Shown piece by piece: positions 18,789 through 27,822 of a stretch of DNA of 64,000 nt; the first letter of the stretch is position 1, and every line of letters begins with the position of its first letter. The position numbers and the translations under genes are program-made. The notes beneath the pieces are model-generated. The model saw only the letters and a program-made list of their open reading frames with translations. It did no database searches and was not told the DNA's origin. The stretch covers positions 32,001 to 96,000 of the forward strand of contig JAYPVM010000008.1 in NCBI GenBank assembly GCA_038134595.1, given 5' to 3'. The DNA is from Pseudomonadota bacterium. GTDB taxonomy: Bacteria; Bdellovibrionota_C; UBA2361; OMII01.

Positions 18789-20363
18789 TTATTCTTCAGT
18801 CTCGTCCTCGTCGCCGTGCCCGTTGTCATCTCGCACTATTGCAAAGCGTTGCATGCCACGAGACTCTACGACGAAGCGTAACCCTTTAGTAAGGTCCCCT
18901 TTGCTGATTGCATCTCTAAATTCATCAATTGAATTCACATCCTTTCCGTCGACACTGATTATCACATCGCCCGGTTGAAGCTCGGCATTTGCGGCAGGTC
19001 CACGAGGATCGATTCCTGATATGAATATACCACGGCTTCTCTCTGTTCGAGGTTTACGGGGCGAAGCGCTCGTAAACTCTTCGACTGTTACGCCTACGTC
19101 ATCTACTGCACCATCTGGTTCCTGCTCTGTTTCTAGCGTTTGCGATGGAAGCTCGCCGATTGTTACCGTTCGAGTAAGCTTTTTGCCGTTTCTTACCACT
19201 AAGATAGATGCACGAGTGTTGGGTTTGATGCCCGCTATTAAGTTTCGTAGTTGGTTTACGTTCTTAATTCGTGATGATTCAACTTTGATGATGATATCAC
19301 CCTGTTTAAATCCCGCAGATTTGGCTGGCCCGTCTGGATCAACGTGGCCCACTAATGCGCCATCTGTCGAGGAGTAGTTGAAAGACTCTGAGAGATCTTC
19401 GGTTAGATTTTGAATACCAACACCGAGCCAACCGCGTGTTACCTTTCCGTTAGAGATAAGACTTGTTAGTACTTGTTTTGCCATGTTGATCGGGATTGCA
19501 AATCCAATGCCCATGTACCCGCCGGATTTAGAGACGATAGCAGTGTTAATGCCCACCACTTCTCCACGGAGGTTGACGAGGGGGCCGCCACTGTTTCCAG
19601 GGTTAATGGCGGCATCAGTTTGGATGAAATCCTCATATTGAGCACCACCGGATAGCGCCCGTCCTTTTGCAGAGACGATACCTGCTGTAATTGTGTTGTC
19701 TAATCCAAAGCTAGCACCTGCTGCCACAACCCATTCACCTATTTTGAGCCCATCGGAGTCGCCGAGCTGAGCTGGTTTGGCAAGTTCCTCGCGTACCTTG
19801 ATTTTTATGACGGCAAGATCCGTTCTTGGGTCGGTACCAACCACTTTAGCCTTCACCGTTTTTTCGTTGGCTAACCGGACCGTGACTTCATCAGCGTCTC
19901 CAAGAACGTGGTTGTTGGTCAGAATGTGGCCACTTTCGTCGACGATCACACCGGTCCCAAGCCCTCGTTGGGGAGTAGGGGCCATTTTGTCTACAAAGTC
20001 ATCGCCAAAAAACTCTCGTAATGGATCGCGCCCCTTCTTGTTTTTGCGTTTCTTGGGGGAGCTCTCGGTCGAAATTGTTACCACTGAGGGAGTGATATTT
20101 TCCGCTACCCGTTCAAAGGCCTGTGAAAGCTCTTCAGCGACCCGCGCGCCTGGAATTACAGCGGTCTCTTCGGCGGTAATTGTAGTCGGGCGCAAGACGA
20201 AGCCTGTTCCGACGAGCAGAGCAAAAGCTAGGGTAACGCTTCGTTTCAATTGTGGAATACATCTTAAGGTTCGACTATAAGATGGAGCTCCAACGTTGGA
20301 AGGAGTTATTTGAAGGTTAGCTGATAAGTCTGATTGAGTCGGGGTCTGTTCTTTGCTTTTCAT
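18789..20363 (-). CDS. degP: Do/DegP-family periplasmic serine protease with two PDZ domains
   Basis: LTNNHV, TDPRTDLAV, IQTDAAINPGNSGGPL and two PDZ-like repeats. Start uncertain. Confidence 0.93.
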   Translation of the reverse strand: MKSKEQTPTQSDLSANLQITPSNVGAPSYSRTLRCIPQLKRSVTLAFALLVGTGFVLRPTTITAEETAVIPGARVAEELSQAFERVAENITPSVVTISTESSPKKRKNKKGRDPLREFFGDDFVDKMAPTPQRGLGTGVIVDESGHILTNNHVLGDADEVTVRLANEKTVKAKVVGTDPRTDLAVIKIKVREELAKPAQLGDSDGLKIGEWVVAAGASFGLDNTITAGIVSAKGRALSGGAQYEDFIQTDAAINPGNSGGPLVNLRGEVVGINTAIVSKSGGYMGIGFAIPINMAKQVLTSLISNGKVTRGWLGVGIQNLTEDLSESFNYSSTDGALVGHVDPDGPAKSAGFKQGDIIIKVESSRIKNVNQLRNLIAGIKPNTRASILVVRNGKKLTRTVTIGELPSQTLETEQEPDGAVDDVGVTVEEFTSASPRKPRTERSRGIFISGIDPRGPAANAELQPGDVIISVDGKDVNSIDEFRDAISKGDLTKGLRFVVESRGMQRFAIVRDDNGHGDEDETEE

Positions 20364-20486
20364 AGGTTTTGTAAAAGTTTAAGGATATAATACACCTTTG
20401 CGATCGTGTACCATGAAAGACGACAACCCGAAAGGAATATTCAAGTAATGTCAAAAAGGAATGGGAAAGACCTGAGAGTAGAGAGG

Positions 20487-21161
20487 ATGCCGGTGATCAT
20501 ATACCTGCATGGACTAGGATCCTCTCCTGAGGCTCATAAGGCGACAGTTTTTCGCTCTTTTTTTTCGGAGCGAGGGCACAGAGTTGAAGTTCCTAATTTG
20601 ACGATCCCAAGTTTTGAGAATCTTTCGGTTGATACAGCGGTGCGTCTCATTGTGGACCGACTGATAGACCTAGGTCGTGAGAACGATGTTATTGTGCTAG
20701 GGAGTAGTTATGGCGCGTTTCTGGGAATTCAGAGTGTTGAACAGCTATCTCCATCTGAACGACAGTCAATTAAGGCGATGTTCTTTTTTGCACCTTTATT
20801 ATATCCGTGGCATGAGCAGTACGGATTGATATCTCCTAAGTTAGAACGGCAATGGATAGCCGATGGAGTGCTTGAACTGCCCTCAGGAGAGCCTCCACAG
20901 ATGGTGCCGGTTCGTGTTAATTTTTTGCGCGAGTTGCGACGGTATCCGATGGTTCAAATCGACAATGACATAGCAGTTACGTTGTTTCACGGGGAGCAGG
21001 ATGAGGTGGTGCCGATTGAGCAAAGCAAACTCTATGTAGAGATGTGTCCTCATGTCGAGCTTGTTACAATGGCTGGGGACCACGGGCTCTTTGAGTACGA
21101 TGACACGTTAACCGAAGCGGTTTGGAGGCGGATGTCCGAGTTGCTGCGCACGTCGCGGTAA
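20487..21161 (+). CDS. YqiA/YcfP-like alpha/beta hydrolase (esterase)
   Basis: YLHGLGSSP, nucleophile GSSYG, HGEQDEVVP, GDH. Start may be 20448. Confidence 0.88.
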   Translation: MPVIIYLHGLGSSPEAHKATVFRSFFSERGHRVEVPNLTIPSFENLSVDTAVRLIVDRLIDLGRENDVIVLGSSYGAFLGIQSVEQLSPSERQSIKAMFFFAPLLYPWHEQYGLISPKLERQWIADGVLELPSGEPPQMVPVRVNFLRELRRYPMVQIDNDIAVTLFHGEQDEVVPIEQSKLYVEMCPHVELVTMAGDHGLFEYDDTLTEAVWRRMSELLRTSR

Positions 21162-21394
21162 TTTTTGGGCGCTAGCAGGGTGGTGAAAAAAGGTTCCGTC
21201 GTGAGCATTTTGAGAGTTTTGACGAAACGAGGCGGAGACGACGAAAAAACCGGAGGCGTATCCACTGAGATACGTTGAGGATTTTTTCGGCGGCTCCAAC
21301 GAAGTTGCAGTCGAACTATCGAAATGCGCAACAGGAAATCATTTTTCACCACCCTGCTAGGAGATTAACAGAAGGTTATGGCATACTGGTTCTA

Positions 21395-22849
21395 ATGAAC
21401 GTTTCATCGAAATCAAGGATTATTGTTTACATCGTTATTATTGCCGTATTGGTGATTGTCGGGCTTTTTGGCGCTGAGAGTGTTTTTGGTCCGAGAGAGA
21501 GTGTCGTTGAGATGTTTCCAGTTACATCGGAATCTCCAGCGGTACAAAGTGGCGTGGTAGTTCCTGCCCCGCAACATACCCCGTCGGGGCGCAGGGCAAA
21601 GAAACGTAGCGCGCGGCGAGATGCTTCGTTCGAGCAGCAACTTAGAGCGCTTAAGTCAGGAGAGGTTGGAGTTGCCGACTCTGAGGCGGGCTCTCAAGGT
21701 GGTTCTAATGGGCCAATCAGTGAAATTATAGGTAGGTCGACTCAGGATCAAAGCTCTACAGGGGCGCTGAGTGACGATGTGGCGTCTGTGAAGGGAACTG
21801 CCGGGACGCAAGAACGAACGTCAAAGGACGACGATGTTTCAAACGAAGATCCTCTCGATTTTCTCGGCGGGATTATGGTTAGTAACAACACTGGGCTACA
21901 GGCTGTCGTGACACCGCAAGTAACCCCTCAAACGGGACGCCCGTGGGTGAGAGGGCAGGCAAGGGGGTACACGATGCTGTCTGCGATGCAACCGGAAGCA
22001 CGGGTTGTTGTCGAGACGCAGGTTGAGACGCTCCTTTCGGCGAAAATAAGGGAGCCATATATCGGCGTGCTGATTGATGGCACCTTTGGTCGGGACTTTA
22101 CGTATCTAAAAGATGTTATCGAGCGATTGTCTGGCGATGGAAGAGCGCTGACACTAGCACTATATTTAACGAATGGACCCACGATGCGCAAATGGCGCGA
22201 GACCCCAATTGATGCACTCTTTTCGAGGATTAATCCCTCTGATTTTCGTCAGCGAATCAGGCGAGAACAGCAGCTCCAAGCGCAATTTTTGGCCGTAGTG
22301 CTTCAAGCAAAAGATGTTTTTGAGTTTAACATCAGTTTGAATTCGGGAAACAATAACGTTGCGATTGTTATGCTAGAGGATAATCTCGATAGTTTTGCAT
22401 ATCGAGCGATGAGAGAGATTGCGTCAGCAGAGATCGGCTCACTTGCGGGCTTTATCCGTAATCCATGTCTGGGATGTTATGAAGGCAATGATGACATTAC
22501 TTTGGGAGATCCCCGAGAGGAGCATAAGCTTGAGCGATATAACATTCTCAAGCGTGGAGATGCTTATTCGTTGGATGGCTTGGGATTCTCATATCCAGAT
22601 GGAAGTGGAAACGGCCTGGCGGCGGCACAGCTTCGAGACTTAATGGTAAACTCCTACTCACGTGGCTTGCGTTATGTTGGATTGTGGCGGTATGAGTGGC
22701 AGGGCTTAGAGTTTGGGGGTGGGAATCCGCGCCCAGAAACACGAACCCACACGCCAAGCAATCCGGATCAACAAGAGTTTGAGATAGAGATGCTTCGAGA
22801 GGGGTTGGTTGCAGAGACAGATGGCATAAGCGTTGATGATGAATTGTAA
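21395..22849 (+). CDS. Hypothetical membrane-anchored protein
   Basis: Long ORF with a TM anchor after MNVSSKSR, a low-complexity linker, then a globular-looking domain of about 300 aa. Confidence 0.75.
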   Translation: MNVSSKSRIIVYIVIIAVLVIVGLFGAESVFGPRESVVEMFPVTSESPAVQSGVVVPAPQHTPSGRRAKKRSARRDASFEQQLRALKSGEVGVADSEAGSQGGSNGPISEIIGRSTQDQSSTGALSDDVASVKGTAGTQERTSKDDDVSNEDPLDFLGGIMVSNNTGLQAVVTPQVTPQTGRPWVRGQARGYTMLSAMQPEARVVVETQVETLLSAKIREPYIGVLIDGTFGRDFTYLKDVIERLSGDGRALTLALYLTNGPTMRKWRETPIDALFSRINPSDFRQRIRREQQLQAQFLAVVLQAKDVFEFNISLNSGNNNVAIVMLEDNLDSFAYRAMREIASAEIGSLAGFIRNPCLGCYEGNDDITLGDPREEHKLERYNILKRGDAYSLDGLGFSYPDGSGNGLAAAQLRDLMVNSYSRGLRYVGLWRYEWQGLEFGGGNPRPETRTHTPSNPDQQEFEIEMLREGLVAETDGISVDDEL

Positions 22850-22886
22850 GTGAGGTGCGCACGTGCGTGGTGTTGACGGATAGGGT

Positions 22887-23411
22887 GTGGTTATGGAGAT
22901 GCAAGTGATGAATAGAAATACTTTTGAGGAGCTACTTGATGCGTTGCAGGCTGACCTCACGTTTGCTGACGAGAGTCTGTTTCCCCTTGAGGCCGTGGTC
23001 GAGGTGGCAAAAACACATGCGGCACCGCGGCAAGAAGCTTTTCGAGATTGTGCTCTGGCAACATCTGAGAGTTTGGTTTTGTTGTTGGCGCTTGATATCA
23101 CCGTTGCTGCCGCTGGCCTTGCCATTAAGAGGCTGGCGCACGATGAGCGAGGCGCAGTGGGTGGTGTTAGAGAGGATGTAGTCGATATTTGGGGACGAGC
23201 ACAGGCGGCTCGATGCCTCTGGTATGACGTCATTGTAGGGGGCGAGAAAGGGGAGGGACTTCATCAATCTAAAGAGACACTTGTCCGACTTGCTTCAGAC
23301 GCTGTTGGCGTTTCAAAACGATTGGGGTGTTTAGTCGCTCAATATGTTGAATTTACATCACAAATCGACAGCATGGTTTTTCCTAAAAGCTTTGAGATTC
23401 CGAGCTCTTGA
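22887..23411 (+). CDS. Hypothetical helical protein
   Basis: 174-aa ORF co-oriented with its neighbours, SD-like GGAG near the start. Exact start uncertain. Confidence 0.55.
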   Translation: MVMEMQVMNRNTFEELLDALQADLTFADESLFPLEAVVEVAKTHAAPRQEAFRDCALATSESLVLLLALDITVAAAGLAIKRLAHDERGAVGGVREDVVDIWGRAQAARCLWYDVIVGGEKGEGLHQSKETLVRLASDAVGVSKRLGCLVAQYVEFTSQIDSMVFPKSFEIPSS

Positions 23412-23687
23412 CCACAAATGTGGTTGTGATAACCTCCGTGTTCTTGTGTAATCGGGCTTTGCCCGTTGGCTTTTCGTTGGGAGATTGGCGACAAGGTGTT
23501 GTGCGGGAGTTTGCCGTACAAGTGACTGGATCGATTTAACCTCAACCGAAGCCCAACACCGGATTTGAGAGGGCTAGATTCTAGAAGTTTGGCCAGTGAG
23601 CTAGCGATGTAATAAGCTTCAAACTAGAAGCGGATGTTCCTAGCGATAATCGTTTAAAATAGTGTAAACACACTGGTAGAAGAAGTT

Positions 23688-24128
23688 ATGAGTACCAAAT
23701 TTGTTTCAGCAGAAGCCGCTCGCGAAGGAGCCGCATGGTGGGTAATAGATGCCACAGACGTTCCAGTCGGACGTTTGGCTACAGAAGCTGCTCGATTGAT
23801 TCGAGGAAAACACAAGCCGACATTTACGCCAAATGTAGATGGGGGTGATTTTGTTGTTGTTGTCAACGCTGAGAAGGTTAAGCTAACAGGTGCGAAGCTT
23901 CAGAATAAGGTATATCGACATGTGACAGGATATATCGGAGGACTTAAAGAGATACCGGCTCGTAAGATGCTCGAAACTCATCCTGAGCGGGTTGTTGAGC
24001 GTGCAGTTAAAGGCATGCTTCCTGAAGGAGTTCTCGGACACAGGCTCAACGGTAAGTTAAAAGTGTACAAGGGCAGTGAGCATCCACACGTGGCGCAAAC
24101 TCCTCAGCAGTACACGATTACGAAATAG
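23688..24128 (+). CDS. rplM: 50S ribosomal protein L13
   Basis: [41 protein letters not shown]. Confidence 0.98.
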   Translation: MSTKFVSAEAAREGAAWWVIDATDVPVGRLATEAARLIRGKHKPTFTPNVDGGDFVVVVNAEKVKLTGAKLQNKVYRHVTGYIGGLKEIPARKMLETHPERVVERAVKGMLPEGVLGHRLNGKLKVYKGSEHPHVAQTPQQYTITK

Positions 24129-24164
24129 TTTTTGGTTATAGCATTAGCAAGGATAAGGAGAGTC

Positions 24165-24560
24165 ATGATTAAGGGTGGTGGTTTTCACGCAGTAGGACGC
24201 CGAAAGACAGCAGTCGCTCGGGTATATGTTCGCCCAGGTACAGGTAAGTTCGTTGTAAATGGTAAGAACACATCAGAATATTTTGGTCGTTTGAGCCTTG
24301 AACTCATTCTCAAGAGTCCGCTTGTTGCGACAGATACAATCGAGAAGTTTGATATATTAGCCAATTGCACTGGCGGTGGTTTGAGTGGACAGGCTGGCGC
24401 TCTTAAGATGGCTCTTGGTCGTGTGCTTTGTCAGGTTGATTCTGAGATGCGCCCTACGGTAAAGGCTATTGGGGCTCTCACTCGTGATGCACGAGAGGTC
24501 GAGCGTAAGAAGTACGGTCGGCACAAAGCTCGGAAGCGACCACAGTTCTCGAAGCGTTAA
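24165..24560 (+). CDS. rpsI: 30S ribosomal protein S9
   Basis: SD AAGGAG, GRRKTAVARV, GGGLSGQAGA, ERKKYG..KARKRPQFSKR. Confidence 0.98.
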   Translation: MIKGGGFHAVGRRKTAVARVYVRPGTGKFVVNGKNTSEYFGRLSLELILKSPLVATDTIEKFDILANCTGGGLSGQAGALKMALGRVLCQVDSEMRPTVKAIGALTRDAREVERKKYGRHKARKRPQFSKR

Positions 24561-24608
24561 TCGTTTCCCAGTATTCATTCTCCTTTGGAAATTCCCAGGG
24601 AGAAGCAG

Positions 24609-24642
24609 AAAAAAGAGCGACTCCATGTCGCTCTTTTTTTTT
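24609..24642 (+). terminator. Rho-independent terminator after rpsI
   Basis: AAAAAAGAGCGAC-tccat-GTCGCTCTTTTTTTTT. Confidence 0.9.
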
Positions 24643-24991
24643 GTTTTATATGATGCGGAGTGTTGATTGAAGTGCTTGAAGGCTGTTGAATCGGGTCAAT
24701 AACGATTTTAATTCACGACGCTTTTCGTCGTGTGGCTGTATCGTTGGCCTGTCAAAGGTTGTGCTATGCTGGGCCTACAATCGTAGTTTTCATGAATCGA
24801 TGCTTTTAGAGCGTGTTCGATAGAGAGAATGCGAAAATTAGGTCTGCTCCGCCCCAGACGATATCTATAATTTGTAGAAACGTATTTGTGTAGATAGCTA
24901 TTGGCGCACCTCCCAAATAAGTTGGAGCCTTTACTATCCAATAAATGCCACCTTCTTTTTTATGGCGAAGAGATGATAGAGTGTTGCCATT

Positions 24992-25777
24992 ATGAACACG
25001 ATTATTGTTATTCCAGCCCGATTCGCTTCCTCACGTTTTCCCGGTAAGCCGCTTGTTGAGGTGGCCGGGATAAGTCTGATTGCGAGAGTTCTTCGATTGT
25101 CTCAATCTGTACCCGGTGTGGATGGGGTCTTCGTAGCGACAGACAGCTCTGAAATTGCTGAACACGTAGAGGCATTAGGGGGTAGGGTCATTATGACGTC
25201 TGAGCAGTGCCGAAATGGCTCGGAACGGGTGTGGGAGGCGGTTAACACCTTAGAGGAAAAACCTAAAACAATCATCAATGTGCAGGGAGATGCGGTGCTG
25301 ATGCCGCCCTGGATAATTCAAGCACTTGTTGATGAAATGAGCAAAGACGGCTCCATTCAGATTGCAACGCCAGCTTCTAGGCTCTCAAAGGACCAATACG
25401 ATTCGATGACTGCTATGAAGGGCAGTGGTATCGTTTCAGGCACAACCGTTACCACTTCAAAAAGCGGCAATGCCCTGTATTTTTCAAAGACAGTGATTCC
25501 CCACATTCGAGAGTGGCCTCTTAATCGGTCAGTGCCGGTGATGCAACACATTGGTGTGTATGCCTATACCTACGAATCGCTAAAACGATACATTCATTTG
25601 CCGATGGGAGATTTGGAATATGTGGAGCAATTAGAACAATTGCGTGCGCTTGAGAACGATATTCCAATTCGAGTTGTTGAGGTATCGCTGAAGGGAAGAA
25701 CCATGTGGTCTATCGACAATCCAGAGGATGTTGCGAGGGTTGAGGAGATTATCACAGCGGAAGGAGAATTGGTGTGA
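24992..25777 (+). CDS. kdsB: 3-deoxy-manno-octulosonate cytidylyltransferase (CMP-Kdo synthetase)
   Basis: IPARFASSRFPGKPL, VATD, NVQGD, ALYFS, HIGVYAY, EQLEQLRALEN. Confidence 0.93.
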   Translation: MNTIIVIPARFASSRFPGKPLVEVAGISLIARVLRLSQSVPGVDGVFVATDSSEIAEHVEALGGRVIMTSEQCRNGSERVWEAVNTLEEKPKTIINVQGDAVLMPPWIIQALVDEMSKDGSIQIATPASRLSKDQYDSMTAMKGSGIVSGTTVTTSKSGNALYFSKTVIPHIREWPLNRSVPVMQHIGVYAYTYESLKRYIHLPMGDLEYVEQLEQLRALENDIPIRVVEVSLKGRTMWSIDNPEDVARVEEIITAEGELV

Positions 25778-26415
25778 GTTCTCGATTAATCTTGTTGCGA
25801 CATGGCAATACGTTTTCTGATGGTGATAAGGTTGTCATGGTAGGAGCCAATGAGGATCTTCCGTTGACGGCGAAAGGATTGGAGCAAGCTACAGCGATGG
25901 GAGAAGCTCTGCGGCCTGTCGCTCAGACAGTGACTACACTTTTAGCTGGACCACTTTTGAGAACGGTACAGTTTGCCCATAGGCTTCAATCTGTGTCGGG
26001 GATTTTAGCTGATTGCACTGTAGATCCTCGCTTGATTGAGCTTGATTACGGGGCGTGGGGTGGGCTTTCTAATGAAGAGATCATCACGCTCTCTGGTCAG
26101 GAGGCTCTCGAAAATTGGCAAATTCATGGAAAGCGCCCCAGCGGCATTGTTTTTAAGCCAAGCGAAAAGCAGTTGGCGGAAGAAACAGCGAGTGTTCTCG
26201 ATGAGTTTTCTCAGGTACAGGGCACCGGTATCATAGTGAGTAGTAACGGTCGTTTGCGAGAGTATGCTCGGCTGATTGAGGGAGAGGATAGTAGCGGTGC
26301 AAAAGTCAAAACTGGGCATGCTTGTATTGTAGATTTTTCTGATGAAGCGTGGCAGATAGTTGCTTGGGACGTTGCTCCGGATGCCTTGCACGCAGTCCTT
26401 TCAGAAGAGCGGTAA
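25774..26415 (+). CDS. Histidine phosphatase (phosphoglycerate mutase-like) family protein
   Basis: LILLRHG, DLPLT.KG.EQA, RLIELDYGAWGG. GTGA overlap with kdsB. Confidence 0.88.
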   Translation: MSSRLILLRHGNTFSDGDKVVMVGANEDLPLTAKGLEQATAMGEALRPVAQTVTTLLAGPLLRTVQFAHRLQSVSGILADCTVDPRLIELDYGAWGGLSNEEIITLSGQEALENWQIHGKRPSGIVFKPSEKQLAEETASVLDEFSQVQGTGIIVSSNGRLREYARLIEGEDSSGAKVKTGHACIVDFSDEAWQIVAWDVAPDALHAVLSEER

Positions 26416-26428
26416 CCACCCTGCTAGG

Positions 26429-26463
26429 AGCCGGAAGGTTTTTTGTGCAAAAACCCTCCGGCT
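26429..26463. terminator. Long hairpin between convergent genes
   Basis: AGCCGGAAGGTTTTT / AAAAACCCTCCGGCT form a 15-bp stem with one G-U pair on the minus strand. No clear U-tail. Confidence 0.5.
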
Positions 26464-26475
26464 AGTCAGATGGTT

Positions 26476-27243
26476 CTATTTCTCAACACGTTTATCGGTA
26501 TGTTTGATCGGTACGTGAATTATTTTCCCGCTGTCGAGTGTTATTACTACGATTGAACCCTTGGGGAACGCACTTCCGGGGCGGTTGAATCGGAAGTGTT
26601 CTCGGTTTCCGTTTCCGATGCCGGAGTATGTGCCCTTACCAACTCTCTTTGATTGATCTTTGGAGACGATCTTAACGCCTGTGACCTTTCCAGTGAGTCG
26701 CTCCGGTAAGATAATAGCCAGGTTTCCGTCCTTATCTGATACAGGCTTCCAGAGAAAATCCTTTGTGAATTTCATCTTTGTACCGATATTGATTTGTTTG
26801 GTTGGCTGGCTTGGTTGGGACTCGGCCGCCGGCTTTGGCTGTTCCACAGGTTGTGCGGGCTCTTCTTTTTTAGGGCGGGCCGAATATTGTAGATTCTTTA
26901 AGTCAGGAATGCGGGTGATAATGCCCCAGCCCCAATCATTGAGCCAAGCCCACCTACCTTTGAGAGCTCCGTGGTGATCGTGTTGGCATGATTGAGTCTC
27001 GGCTGGATTGGCTTCTTGATGTCCATCACTGAGACATCGCTCGCTAGTTTGATTTGTTTTGTCAGAATTGGAATCTTGACCGGCTAACGCTTTATACTCT
27101 GTCTCGAGAGAGTTGCTTTGCGTGGTAGTTTTTGTTGTCGTGGTCGAAACTGTCGAAGTAGTACTGACAGTCTCGGTGGTAGTTTCGGTTGATGTAGCGT
27201 TGGCTGTATAGCCTGATGAATCGACGCTAGAGATTCCTTCCAT
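26476..27243 (-). CDS. Hypothetical protein, Ser/Thr-rich N-terminus and compact C-terminal beta domain
   Basis: ATG 27243 preceded by SD AGGAG. T/S-rich start, P/Q linker, C-terminal FLWKPVSDKDGNLAIILP..GNGNREHFRF. Confidence 0.75.
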   Translation of the reverse strand: MEGISSVDSSGYTANATSTETTTETVSTTSTVSTTTTKTTTQSNSLETEYKALAGQDSNSDKTNQTSERCLSDGHQEANPAETQSCQHDHHGALKGRWAWLNDWGWGIITRIPDLKNLQYSARPKKEEPAQPVEQPKPAAESQPSQPTKQINIGTKMKFTKDFLWKPVSDKDGNLAIILPERLTGKVTGVKIVSKDQSKRVGKGTYSGIGNGNREHFRFNRPGSAFPKGSIVVITLDSGKIIHVPIKHTDKRVEK

Positions 27244-27601
27244 GTCTGCTCCTCTATTAGATTGTATACAGTCTCCAATCAACACATTCCAAATGCCTAA
27301 TGGGGGTCTTTGGTGTGTGTGCTGTACGGGTTTTTTTGAGGCATGTGCGTGTAAAGGGAGAGAGTTAATGCCACGCTCCCGAATAGCACATACGTTTGTA
27401 TTGTCTATCGACGTTTGATCGGAGAAGTTGCTTCTTAACAACAGGGAGCCTAAAGAGAGCTACTCTCCACGTACCGAAAGACTAAGCTTGGCACGGCCTG
27501 GCTTTCAGTAATACATTAATTAGTTAGTTAACACTGCCTAGGTTAGGGTGATGAGGGGATTGGTTAGAGTATTAATGGTATATTGAGAAGGATAGTTTGT
27601 G

Positions 27602-27674
<73 letters not shown>

Positions 27675-27822
27675 AAACCAAGTTTTTTGGCTCCCCAATG
27701 GGTATCACGAGAAGAGATAAATAACAAGGCTTTGGTAGTAAATTATACGGAAATATTTTAGAGAAATTAGCTAGTTATGCGATCAAGGGTGCGCGGTCTT
27801 TGCTCAAGTGTTTAAAGCTCTG

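Noticed and set aside
22887..23411. Acyl-CoA dehydrogenase C-terminal fragment or pseudogene
   Set aside because: Only a vague helical resemblance (DIWGRAQAARCLWY) with none of the diagnostic motifs.
27489..27504. Sigma-54 promoter TTGGCACGGCCTGGCT
   Set aside because: GG to GC spacing is 9 nt, not 10, and there is no plus-strand gene downstream.
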